Shown piece by piece: positions 10,595 to 20,368 of a DNA stretch of 64,000 bases. The notes beneath the pieces were generated by a model. The model worked only from the letters and a program-made list of their open reading frames with translations, was not told where the DNA came from and did not search any database. The first letter of the stretch is position 1. Each line of letters starts with the position of its first letter. Source of the stretch: Epithemia pelagica (taxonomy: Eukaryota; Protista; Bacillariophyta); NCBI GenBank assembly GCA_946965045.2, contig OX337229.1:5828001-5892000 (forward strand). The letters run 5' to 3'. Made by a program: the position numbers and the translations under genes.

Positions 10595-13500
10595 CTATTT
10601 GGCCGTGTTGGTTATATTGTCCGTAGATGATTTCTGTGTTTTGTTGGAAGTCGAAGATTGGTCAGACGCCATGGGAGGGTCCTTCCTTTTCCTTTTGCTG
10701 GATAAACTGGTGTTCGTAGTCGCACCCACTTCATTCACAGGTGCACTCCCTTCATTCACAGAAGCCTGTCCAGGGAAAGGAAGAGTCGTTAGAGGGGGCA
10801 TGCTGTCTGAAAGATCATCCGCCAAATCCACTACAACAGATCCCGATTCTTTTTGCTTGTTCTTCAACAGTGCTACCAGTAAGTTATCATTGTCGACTGT
10901 TTCTTCAATCATCGAGGCACTTGACTCAGGACCACGTAAATCCACAAATTCAACAGTGTCTGCATACACAACATCGTCCTTCTCGGCCTTGTCCTTGTTG
11001 TCACAATTGGAATCCAAGTAACCAAACTTGAATATATCCTCCGCTTCTTTTTCTTTTAGATACTTGTTCAATTGTTCAATGCCCTCAAGCATCACGTCCA
11101 CTCGGACTCCATCTCCTGTGGTCATGGTATTAGAACTTGCACATGTCGCACTGTTCACCGAGACCACACCCACACCCACACCAACATTTCCATTGGTGTC
11201 TGGTACATTCACTGCTGTGGTTGAACTGCGGGAAGTGGGACCGGATATACTGCTGGTGGTACTGGTTGTGGCAGCGGTGGCAGCGGTACGAGAACTGGGA
11301 CGACTTGTATCGTTTGTGGCAGCGGTACGAGAACTGGGACGACTTGTATCAGAGATACTAGTGCTTGAGGTAACATTGGTTCCCGTTCCTTGGGTAGATT
11401 TCTTCTTCAATCTATCTGCTTGAAGGGCTTTCACTTTCATGGACACCTCTGTCGGTGGTAGTTTAGCCAGTTCTGTTTCAGAGAGAATGATGCTTTTACG
11501 GACTGGCCTCGAAACACATGTCAATGATCGCATCTGAAAGTTATGGGGAGACTCTTTTCGCATAAGGCGATTGGAGTCCAACCATGATGAACAGGAAAAA
11601 ACTCTTTCCTGAAATGCATTGGTCGCTGGTTTTGCCAGCCAAACCAGTGCTGTCGGAAAAAGATGAGGGTATGTGGATTTATGGGCGTCCCACCATTTCA
11701 TGACATGGAAGTATTTCCCAACTGACATGAAATCGTGCTTCTTGCAGCGAAAAGCAAACCACTTCTTTTTCGGATCGTCCCATGTAATGAGCTCCTCTAG
11801 GTATTGAGGAGTGGGGTACTCATTGATCAAATCTTTCCAGTTATACAACCCTTTCTTTTCACAATAGTGCTTGTATTCGGAGAACTCTTCCAGGATGGTT
11901 TTCTCCAACTTTCTTGCACGTTCAGTAACAGGATCGTTGCCATTATTGGCAGCAGTGCCACTCTGTTCCACATCGTCATCATCAGCAGCTAAATCCAGGT
12001 CGTCAAAAATATCAAATATGGAGGAAGACGGGTTGTCATCATCAGCATCGTCAATGGCTGGCACATTTTCCTCTTGATTGGTGCCTTCATTGTCATTGTC
12101 TTCGTCCGTTGGTACAACCACTTCTGAGCAATTAAATTTCTCGAACGCATCGTCTTTGAAGTTTTTCTCGATTTGGAACAAGTCTGTGTCGTCATATACT
12201 TTGATTTTCTTGAAGAGGCGTGGACAAGAAGCGCAAAGTAACGGGTTGCCAATCATGGCTTTCTCTGCGTCGATGTCACGAGATTCCAGCATGTAGCGCT
12301 TGTACTCCCGAATAATGTGTGTGATTAACTCTTTAGTGGGGGGCAGTAGGAGGGCATGTTCTCGGTTGACTCTCTTGGATTCTAATTTTTTCATTGTAAG
12401 GGAAGGATCCCAGCTAGATGTCTCAACGTTGAGTACTTGAACTCCATTGTCCACCATTTTTCCAATGAAGTGTTTCGACATAAAAATCTCCATAAGAGAA
12501 GCGGAGGCTGATGAGACATCATCAGTTTGAAGTGTCATGGAACAACCTTGCAGAGGCTGGAGTACGGCCTTGTATTCTGCGAGTTGTTTCCATTCTTCTG
12601 GTGATGGGTATTTGCTTTTGAATTCAGCATCTTGCACAAGGGCTGATCTCGCGTAGTCATCCATCACAAACTTGTTCCTAAAGAGACTATGGAACATGAT
12701 GAGACAACCTCCGACGCGGGTGCCATTGGGTAGTTGGAGTTCGATTACAATCATCCCATTCTTTGCGGCAAATTCCTTGAGTTTCTCGAACCGGCTTCGT
12801 GCTTTTTTGCTCATCAACCACGAGGCAAAAATGTGAAACTTCTTGTAGATTTTAATGAAGGCTGGGTTCTCGTCAACCACCGTTCTGCCTCTGCGACGAA
12901 CAGCCTGCCCTGTGGCATGCTTCATGATCAATTCTGCGCGATGCATGTCGCATTTTCCGCCCACTGCCATGCCAGTAATATACTTACCAGCAAGTACGGC
13001 AGAGTTGGTGTTGTCGTTAATGGAGGCGGCGAGATCAAGCTGTGTAAACCCGACTTGATTCAATATATTCTCGGTGTGATTGGCAATCTGACGGGCGGAG
13101 TGCCCTTTTGTTTCCACAAGACCGACAGGAACTTTGTAGACATTGCAATTTCGTGGGTCAACCAACATTAGAGTGATGCCAAGGATGTCTTTCTTGCATC
13201 CTTGCCAAACATCATGGGCAATACTGGCAAATCGGATTCGTTGTCCACACAATACTTCAAATGTGGTGCGAATGTTATTGCCGAGATCGTTTACAACTCG
13301 CAGGTAATCATTGTATGAGTCGATCCTCATGGATGTCATGGCTCTGTTGCTGATGGAACAGTCTGACATCTTCAATAGGTTTGCATTGTTAAGTATGTAC
13401 TCCAATAGAGATCGAAATGCCGGCTTCTCTACTGTGCGAGTGGGGAAACCCATGTCGTTGACGAATTGGAATATTTTGTGATGGAACTCGCTACGCACTT

Positions 13501-14293
13501 CTTTTCGTGAAATAGTGATTGGAATATAAGAAGACATCTTCTTCTGTCCAGCTTTTTCCATAATGCTTTCTTCACGGGTTTTCTTTGCCTGTTCTTCTTG
13601 GTGGACTCGGTCTCTGTGTTGCTTTATGTTCGAAGATGAACCATGTTGGCCACATCCAATCGCACATTGCACAAGTGGAATATTGGGGTTCTTGAAGCAT
13701 AAATGGCATACTGCTAGTCTTTTGGCAAGCTTCAAAAAGTTCTTGTCACTCGCATGTGAAGGCTGGTCAGACTCGGCCAACACTTTCAGACATTTGCGAA
13801 GTCCAGGATAGTTAGATGTGTCCAGGGGACTGTTTTCATCCCGGTATTTCTTTAGCTTCGCCCAATCAATATGGTCCATGAGACCCCAAAATGATCCTTT
13901 GAGGTTCTTGAAAATGGATTTTGGTGGAGCACGGAAACTCAGGAGTTGTTTTTCTTCTTTGTATCGATCCAGAGTCTCTTGGGATAGCGGTCCTTCTTCA
14001 TTGCTTTCATTGTTGTTTGCAGCATTTTGGTTGGTGGTGGATGAGGACTCTTCAGCTCCTTCATTTGTACGGGCTCTAGCTGGGTTGTCGTTCGAAGGAG
14101 CAATGGGTTGTTCTTGATTCATCGGAGCAGCGGTGTCTTGGTTTGGATTAGTGGTGGATGGATTGTTGTTGTTGGTGTTCGTCATACATTCACCATCATT
14201 GCTGGTACGGCCATTGGTTGTTTCAGACATGGGAGAGAGTGATGATATGCTGGCTATCGTCGATCTGGGTTGAGTGATCTCACCAGGAATCAT
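10595..14293 (-). CDS. hAT transposase (1232 aa, intact ORF)
   Basis: BED-like Zn finger (CHLC...SSSNIKQHRDRVH), first catalytic Asp in SIAHDVWQ, DNTNSA, CxxH (CDMH), C-terminal dimerisation domain WWDAHKSTYPHLFPTALVWLAKPATNAFQERVFS with the catalytic Glu; low-complexity N- and C-terminal tails. Confidence 0.92.
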   Translation of the reverse strand: MIPGEITQPRSTIASISSLSPMSETTNGRTSNDGECMTNTNNNNPSTTNPNQDTAAPMNQEQPIAPSNDNPARARTNEGAEESSSTTNQNAANNNESNEEGPLSQETLDRYKEEKQLLSFRAPPKSIFKNLKGSFWGLMDHIDWAKLKKYRDENSPLDTSNYPGLRKCLKVLAESDQPSHASDKNFLKLAKRLAVCHLCFKNPNIPLVQCAIGCGQHGSSSNIKQHRDRVHQEEQAKKTREESIMEKAGQKKMSSYIPITISRKEVRSEFHHKIFQFVNDMGFPTRTVEKPAFRSLLEYILNNANLLKMSDCSISNRAMTSMRIDSYNDYLRVVNDLGNNIRTTFEVLCGQRIRFASIAHDVWQGCKKDILGITLMLVDPRNCNVYKVPVGLVETKGHSARQIANHTENILNQVGFTQLDLAASINDNTNSAVLAGKYITGMAVGGKCDMHRAELIMKHATGQAVRRRGRTVVDENPAFIKIYKKFHIFASWLMSKKARSRFEKLKEFAAKNGMIVIELQLPNGTRVGGCLIMFHSLFRNKFVMDDYARSALVQDAEFKSKYPSPEEWKQLAEYKAVLQPLQGCSMTLQTDDVSSASASLMEIFMSKHFIGKMVDNGVQVLNVETSSWDPSLTMKKLESKRVNREHALLLPPTKELITHIIREYKRYMLESRDIDAEKAMIGNPLLCASCPRLFKKIKVYDDTDLFQIEKNFKDDAFEKFNCSEVVVPTDEDNDNEGTNQEENVPAIDDADDDNPSSSIFDIFDDLDLAADDDDVEQSGTAANNGNDPVTERARKLEKTILEEFSEYKHYCEKKGLYNWKDLINEYPTPQYLEELITWDDPKKKWFAFRCKKHDFMSVGKYFHVMKWWDAHKSTYPHLFPTALVWLAKPATNAFQERVFSCSSWLDSNRLMRKESPHNFQMRSLTCVSRPVRKSIILSETELAKLPPTEVSMKVKALQADRLKKKSTQGTGTNVTSSTSISDTSRPSSRTAATNDTSRPSSRTAATAATTSTTSSISGPTSRSSTTAVNVPDTNGNVGVGVGVVSVNSATCASSNTMTTGDGVRVDVMLEGIEQLNKYLKEKEAEDIFKFGYLDSNCDNKDKAEKDDVVYADTVEFVDLRGPESSASMIEETVDNDNLLVALLKNKQKESGSVVVDLADDLSDSMPPLTTLPFPGQASVNEGSAPVNEVGATTNTSLSSKRKRKDPPMASDQSSTSNKTQKSSTDNITNTAK

Positions 14294-14466
14294 ACTCTGG
14301 TCTCAATGCTTGAGATGAATGAGCAACAAGAGACTGGCCAGAAAAGATGTGCCGCTGCAATTTGCTGTGCAATAAAGATGCCAGGGAAACTACCTATTCG
14401 TCGATTTCTAGTTTCTAGTCGTAGGGAAGGGCAGTATAGGGAAAGTTAGTACTGATATTGCGTGGA

Positions 14467-14835
14467 CTGACTTAAAGTCAGTGGGGAAAGACGCCCGTGA
14501 CTTGACTTCTCTGTAAAGAAGTCAGTAAATGAGGCACGGTGACTTGACTTTGGATAATAAGTCATTCAAAAAATGTCGTGACTTTGGATTTGATTTTGAG
14601 CGAGAAAACCCCCCAAAAGTCAATGATTTTGGTATGAAAAAAGTTCGTTCCTAGATAGAGTGACTTGGATTTGACTTTGACTTCAGAGAAAAAATCGTAC
14701 AAAATATAGGTTGATTTGAATTCGTTCAGAAAAGTCGTACCAAAGGGACGTGACTTTGACTTGATTTTGTAAAAAAAGTCAAAAGTTATGACTTAAAGTC
14801 ATGAAGTCAAAAGTCAACCGGTATGACTTCAATAC
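14467..14835. repeat. Right subterminal TGACTT/AAGTCA repeat array and truncated TIR of the hAT element
   Basis: gacttgactt, gactttgactt and aagtcaaaagtc copies, ending in atgacttcaatac before the TSD. Confidence 0.85.
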
Positions 14836-14963
14836 ACGCTAAGACTACCTCTCCTTCTAAAGCTACGGTCTGTCTGTCGCATCGCATTTCACATCGTGAC
14901 AATGTACAATGGCGGCACCTGCCCGTCCCGTGAGATCAATGAACCTGCTCTTGGCGTTATCCC

Positions 14964-16430
14964 ATGACATCAAAGCGTCCCAACGGATGTCAAGCACCAA
15001 GTAGAAAGAAGAATTCAATCAAAGTCGTCGCAGCGACAAAGTTGGAGCAAGAAATACTTCAAGGCGCGGTTGATGGAGTGTGCGTAGACTTTTTTCGTGG
15101 CCTTCCTTCGGCAAGACCTGACGGAGTAAAAGTCCGTGTACAAGCTGATGATACGGAACAATTTTGGTGGCTACACATATTTGATAAAACTCATGGATGC
15201 TCTGTTCTACACTGGGCCGCTGGAATGGGCAATCTCGGATTGGTTGAATTTTTCTTGACCGAGTTTGGTGATGCTCTTGACGTGGAACAACAGGCACAAG
15301 GAAACTCCCTCGGTCGCACTGCGTTGCATTATGCTTGTCGGAATGGACACTTGGATGTTGCGCGCTATCTAGTGGAAAAGCATAATGCGAATGTTGTTCC
15401 CGTCGAAGCGCACCATGGAGTGACGCCCTTCCATTTAGCAGTGTGGAGAAAGCACACTGACATTTGCATGTGGCTTGTCAACGAATGCGGAGTCGACGCA
15501 GGCCAGGCTAATGTTTTTGGATGTACCGCTATCCATTGGCTAGGATTGATCCCCCACTCCTGTTTGGAAAGCTCAGAGAACGATGGATCGAGCATTCATG
15601 AGCTTGCCGAATGGCTTTGCAATTTACCAAACGTGAATGTCTACGCCAAGCAAAAGCAGGGCCACTCGGCCTTACATAAAGCCGCGTGGGGTGGCCATCT
15701 GCGTCTATGCCAGTATTTCCATGAAGTTCATGGTATGTACGACGACAGCCCCGATGAATCGGGTAACTATGCGGCGGATCTGGCGGACATGGGAGGCCGT
15801 GTCGAAGTTGCTCAATACTTGAGAACCTATTGCAGTGCCGAAACCGTTGGTTCATGCCAGGCGTTGGGCCTGACTATTGATCAGAGATATGACCACGCTG
15901 CAATCAAAGCAGCATTCTATGGAGCTGCTCGAAAGTTGCATCCTGATCGTTTAGTTCACATGGCGAGCGAAAGTTCGACCGAAGCACTTGTTTCTGAGAG
16001 TCGCAAAGTAGATGACTTTGTTCTTCTGTTGCGCGCCTATCGTCATTTGACAGATGAGGATGGCGTAGGGTCACAAAGGAATTCGAAGCATGAATTGCCG
16101 CTTCTTTTGACCGACTCTACTACAGGAAGTTTTAGCAATTCAATCTCTCACGGAGACAAAATTGCTACCCCCAGTGGCACTTGTGATAGCGTTGCGGATC
16201 ACTTTGCCTCGCAGCTCACTGCCGTCGTTTTAGAATACGGCAAGAAGGGGCTGGATATTTCCAATCTACGAAAAAAGTGGAGGCAGCTTTGGCCGGAAAC
16301 TGAGTTTCCGGCACCAAAGAAAGGGAGCCTCAAGTCTTGGTTGGGAAAACATGCGAACCATATCGTGACAGTACGAAAAGATGAAAAGAATGGAGGGACG
16401 CGGGTGTACGCAAACTATCTTCCCACTTGA
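14964..16430 (+). CDS. Ankyrin-repeat protein with J-domain and a C-terminal LOTUS/OST-HTH-like domain
   Basis: Ankyrin repeats (VLHWAAGMGN, TALHYACRNGHLDVARYL, TPFHLA, SALHKAAWGGH); J-domain IKAAFYGAARKLHPDR with the HPD motif; C-terminal GLDISNLRKKWRQLW...GSLKSWL pattern resembles LOTUS (less certain). Confidence 0.75.
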   Translation: MTSKRPNGCQAPSRKKNSIKVVAATKLEQEILQGAVDGVCVDFFRGLPSARPDGVKVRVQADDTEQFWWLHIFDKTHGCSVLHWAAGMGNLGLVEFFLTEFGDALDVEQQAQGNSLGRTALHYACRNGHLDVARYLVEKHNANVVPVEAHHGVTPFHLAVWRKHTDICMWLVNECGVDAGQANVFGCTAIHWLGLIPHSCLESSENDGSSIHELAEWLCNLPNVNVYAKQKQGHSALHKAAWGGHLRLCQYFHEVHGMYDDSPDESGNYAADLADMGGRVEVAQYLRTYCSAETVGSCQALGLTIDQRYDHAAIKAAFYGAARKLHPDRLVHMASESSTEALVSESRKVDDFVLLLRAYRHLTDEDGVGSQRNSKHELPLLLTDSTTGSFSNSISHGDKIATPSGTCDSVADHFASQLTAVVLEYGKKGLDISNLRKKWRQLWPETEFPAPKKGSLKSWLGKHANHIVTVRKDEKNGGTRVYANYLPT

Positions 16431-17882
16431 CAAATCTGACTAACGTTCTCTTGGTAGCTCACGGATCGAAGCAATAGTCACTTGCTCCACCAGTGCGAAT
16501 TCATCCGTTTCAATCGACAACATCTCGACGGTCCGTTTCCCGATATCTGTCCCTACCTAGTCTCTCTACTCTAGAGGGTGAAGATCCATGACTCTTTCAT
16601 GTTGGATAAAGGTACGCTCGGGTTCTTGGGAATGGCGGAGATAGTCTCGTTGTGACCTGAACCTCGGGCTTGAATGTTGAAGAGGCAACAGTTTCATCAT
16701 TACCCATACAACAACCAGACGACCACAAGAACAAGAACGGTACAGCCACTCCGTCACCACAGCAACCACCATCACCACGTCGACGATCCTTGAAACGCGC
16801 CGTGGAATTGAATCGATGCATGTACAACAACATGGCTCAAAATCCCCGCACCAACGACGGTCAGTGTTTTGTGCCGCATCAAGAGCCGTGTCACGATTGT
16901 CGACTCTGGAATGTCTCGCAGATTGTCTCGACGCATTTTACCAATTGTCAAAAACCCTGGCATTGTCAACGAGCCTTGCAATCCAATGCACTCTGTCGCG
17001 CCTTGCATGAAGCATGGTTTCGAATGCGATCGCACATGGAACAAGGGTGGGGACGATCGGGATGGGGATCGGCACCCACATGGGCCGATGTCCATCATTT
17101 TTATGGCTATTGTCGTCGACGAGGCATTCAAGGCTATGAATATATTGCTCGACCCTATGGTCAACCCGTGTAACACGAACAAAGTGGCTTGGAGTTTCTG
17201 GAATGACTCGCATTCATGGAGTGCGGTCGTGGATTGGACGAACTGAAACACGCCGAAACGTTCTAAAAGATGCAGAGAAAAGAGTCCACACAAGCATCCA
17301 GAAACGGAGATATGATGGAAACCCAACTCCTGGTTTGCAACAAAGGCCAGGAAAGTCGGCATCATGGTCAACCTCAGGGAGCACACGAAGCAGCAAACAT
17401 CTCAATGCCGTTCTACATTGCCCAAAAAATAACCACCGTGACCTATCGTCGGGTGGTGGTTGCAACCAATCCCAATGATTGTGCCGTGTGTGTGTGAGGT
17501 GTCAGTCGTGGGCAAAGAGGATGAGTTGAAATTCACCAAAGAGTCGAAAGGGGCCAAGACCGCGCTGAACGAGTGCATCGTCCACTGTAGCATGGCACAG
17601 ATAGGTATAGTTGTTCTTCCAGGCCATAATTCTGGGCTACCAACCATGGCGTTCTCTTTTCCAGTTCAAGAGGAGCCATGGAAAAGTCGGGAGTTTCCAT
17701 ACTTTTCCTTCAACATGCGCTACCTATTTTTTGTCTTTGAAGATGATATTCCAAATAATAGTACTATACTGTTATGAACGAAGGGACTTGGCTTTGAACA
17801 AGTCCAAACAGAGGACAAATATACATCGTCCTCATCCCATGGGGGCTTCAATTTCCTCAGGGCATCCGTTCAAGGGGTGCGC

Positions 17883-19226
17883 TTAGTATGAAATTTCAAT
17901 TTCTCGCAGATAGTAGCCATTCTCTCCGGCAGTTTCCTTAATGGAGCCCTTGGCACCTTCAAACTGACCGGTTCCGCCGGTAATGACATAGTGTCCAACG
18001 TCTTCTCCAGCGCCCTTGTGGAAGCCGGAAAAGGCCAACTTGCCATGGCAATCATACAAGTTGATGTAGGTTCCTTCGCAATGCCAGTATTCATCGTCAT
18101 TCACTCGTTCACAGAGTTGCACGTCAAAGGCAACTTCTTGGTCCCGGTCGTAGGCATCGAGTACTTGGTCGACAAAGGACAATCGAACTCCCATCTTTCC
18201 AGACAAGCCACTAACATCTACCACCTTGGTACCATCTGGTTCCAAGCCAGGTCCTTCCCATCGTTGAGCAATCTTGAAGGTACCGGCACATTTGGGGAGG
18301 GGCACATAGGGTTTGGCCGTGGGCTTGTCAGTGGGCTCTGGGGTGACGGGTTTGGGTGTGGGAGCTGGTTCGACTGGTTTTGCGGTGGGAGCAGGAGTGG
18401 TCGGCTTGGGAGTAGGTTTGGTGGTAGGGGCAGGAGTGGTTGGCTTGGTAGTAGGGGCAGGGGTTGGCTTGGGCGTGGGTTTGGGAGTTGGCTTGGTGGT
18501 AGGGGCAGGCGTAGGCTTGGGTGTTGGTTTGGCAGTTGGCTTGGCCGTAGGAGCAGGGGTAGGCTTGGGTGTTGGTTTGGCAGTTGGCTTGGCCGTAGGA
18601 TGAGGCGTAGGCTTGGCGGTAGGGGCAGCCGTAGGATGAGGGGTCGGTTTGGGTGTTGGTTTGAGAGTGGGAGCTGGTGTGTAGCCTTTGCCCTGCAAGA
18701 ATACACAAAATGGCATTCAAACGAACAAACGACAAAAATAAATGCGTGAGATACCAATCGTTCCAGTCAACTATCGTGAGCATGCATTCACCACACGGAT
18801 CTCTTCGTACCTTTCCTTTGCCGTTGTAGTAGTAATATTCGTATCCCTTGCCCTTGGCCTGTAGTCATAAAAGACGAGAGAGTTGCTATGGTGTGAGAAA
18901 AGTTCCATGTCACGCTCTGACGATTGGGCTCTCATTCATCAAGATGCACAGGAAGCATACCTTCTCCTTCTTTCCTCCTTTTCCTTTACCACTATCATAC
19001 CCTTTTCCTTTTCCTTTGGCCTCGTACTGTAGTCAAATGATCCAAGTAACGGGTGTGAGAGGAGATTACGGATACGACACAAAGTGAAGTGTCATGTTTT
19101 GGTCGAGAATCCGACACTTACTTCGAGGGTACGCTCTTCTTCGGGGTTGGCGATTGTTCCGGCGTTGACAGTCGTCAAGCCTTGGAGGACAAGGAGCGCA
19201 AGGGTAGCAACAATTGAGGTCTTCAT
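17883..19226 (-). CDS. Secreted Lys/Gly/Tyr- and Pro/Thr-rich protein with C-terminal dirigent/allene-oxide-cyclase-like domain; complement(join(17883..18692,18811..18858,18961..19026,19122..19226))
   Basis: Signal peptide MKTSIVATLALLVLQGLTTVNA and RTL motif. All four exons join in phase 0 at GT-AG sites; the two micro-exons encode YEAKGKGKGYDSGKGKGGKKEK and [28 protein letters not shown] repeats follow, then GHYVITGGTGQFEGAKG. Confidence 0.8.
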
Positions 19227-19307
19227 CTTGAGATCGAGTTGGACGTTTGAGTTTGAAGATGGTGCTGAAAAGCGATTGCCTGGTTGGTTTGTTGCTGTGG
19301 TGGTGGT

Positions 19308-19342
19308 GGGATGCAGCTTGGCTTGTCTCCGGAATTGTGAGA
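19308..19342 (-). promoter_or_regulatory. Conserved 35-bp upstream element shared with the paralog at 39701-39735
   Basis: Reverse complement TCTCACAATTCCGGAGACAAGCCAAGCTGCATCCC matches 39701-39735 at 34/35 nt; function is inferred, not shown. Confidence 0.5.
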
Positions 19343-20368
19343 GAAGGAGGGTGGAGAGCCATCGAGACACAGAATTTGGAGAGGCAAGTCTTGCGGTTGA
19401 GGAATCGTTCTACATCGGTGTCTCTATGCTAAACGATGATGGATGAACGGGGCGCCATTCCAATCGAAACTTGGAGAAGCTTCCACAGTCTTGTGATAAT
19501 GGATGTCTTTTCTACGCGACCTTGATCAACGGCAACATGATCCAACAGTTCAGCGAGAGTGACATTTTACTTATTGGTCATGTCTCGTGAGTAGCTTTGG
19601 ATCCGTTCCACAATCCATAGCTTCCCGTAATCTTCAAGAGACATTCACTGACATATAGGATGGGCAATGGACGGTGGCTCTTGCGGCGGGATGCAAAGAA
19701 CCAATCCTCATCCTAGGTTCCAAGTCATGTGGTCCGAGACAGCCATACAACAAGATCCGCTGTGAGGGGCGCCATCTATTTCCCAAATGGCGCCGCATCG
19801 CCGTGCTTGGATTCGTGGAGAAGTCTCTAAGAATGCTCGCGCGAGCGCGCCATGGACTTAATGGTCATTCGCATCCCATTTCCATGACATGCTCGCACCC
19901 TTTTTCGAGCTGCCTCTCAGACGCACGTATGGCAGCGACTGAGCCTGCTAGAGTAGGAGTAGATAGGCAAGGTAAGGTTACTAGGTAGGAGTAAACATTG
20001 AGGAGTACTGTTCTCCAACGAATTACTCCTATTCTCATGATGACAACGAGAGATCGTTGTACGCGTCCTGTAAGGAGTAACAAATAACAAGAGACCTAGA
20101 CTGTGATTGAATTTAGAGCGGATAGAGCCTTGATCTAGCATAGCCCAGACCGTATAACCGAATGGTTTTATTGTGTTTGCTTCTTGGTACGTCTTCTTCT
20201 GTGGCGTAGGAGACGTCAATATCCTTTTCCTTAGCCGAGAGTGACAGCAACGCATGAATGTTCTAGTAGTACTCTATTCTATTCAACATTTCTTCACGCT
20301 ATTCGTGTCTGCAATTGCGTTTGGGGCATGCGTGTTTTGGTATTTATGCGGGTCAACTTTTCATTCTT

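Larger units (their letters stand above)
8076..14835 (-). mobile_element. hAT-superfamily DNA transposon, 6.76 kb, with 8-bp TSD
   Basis: Direct repeat ACGCTAAG at 8068-8075 and 14836-14843. Left end CAGGGTATTGAAGTTAT; right end ATGACTTCAATAC, whose reverse complement GTATTGAAGTCAT matches the left TIR minus its outer CAGG. Dense subterminal TGACTT/AAGTCA repeats at both ends; internal hAT transposase. Confidence 0.9.

Noticed and set aside
16566-17886. Cluster of overlapping 60-200-aa ORFs on both strands
   Set aside because: No recognisable motif or consistent splice model; possibly a decayed gene
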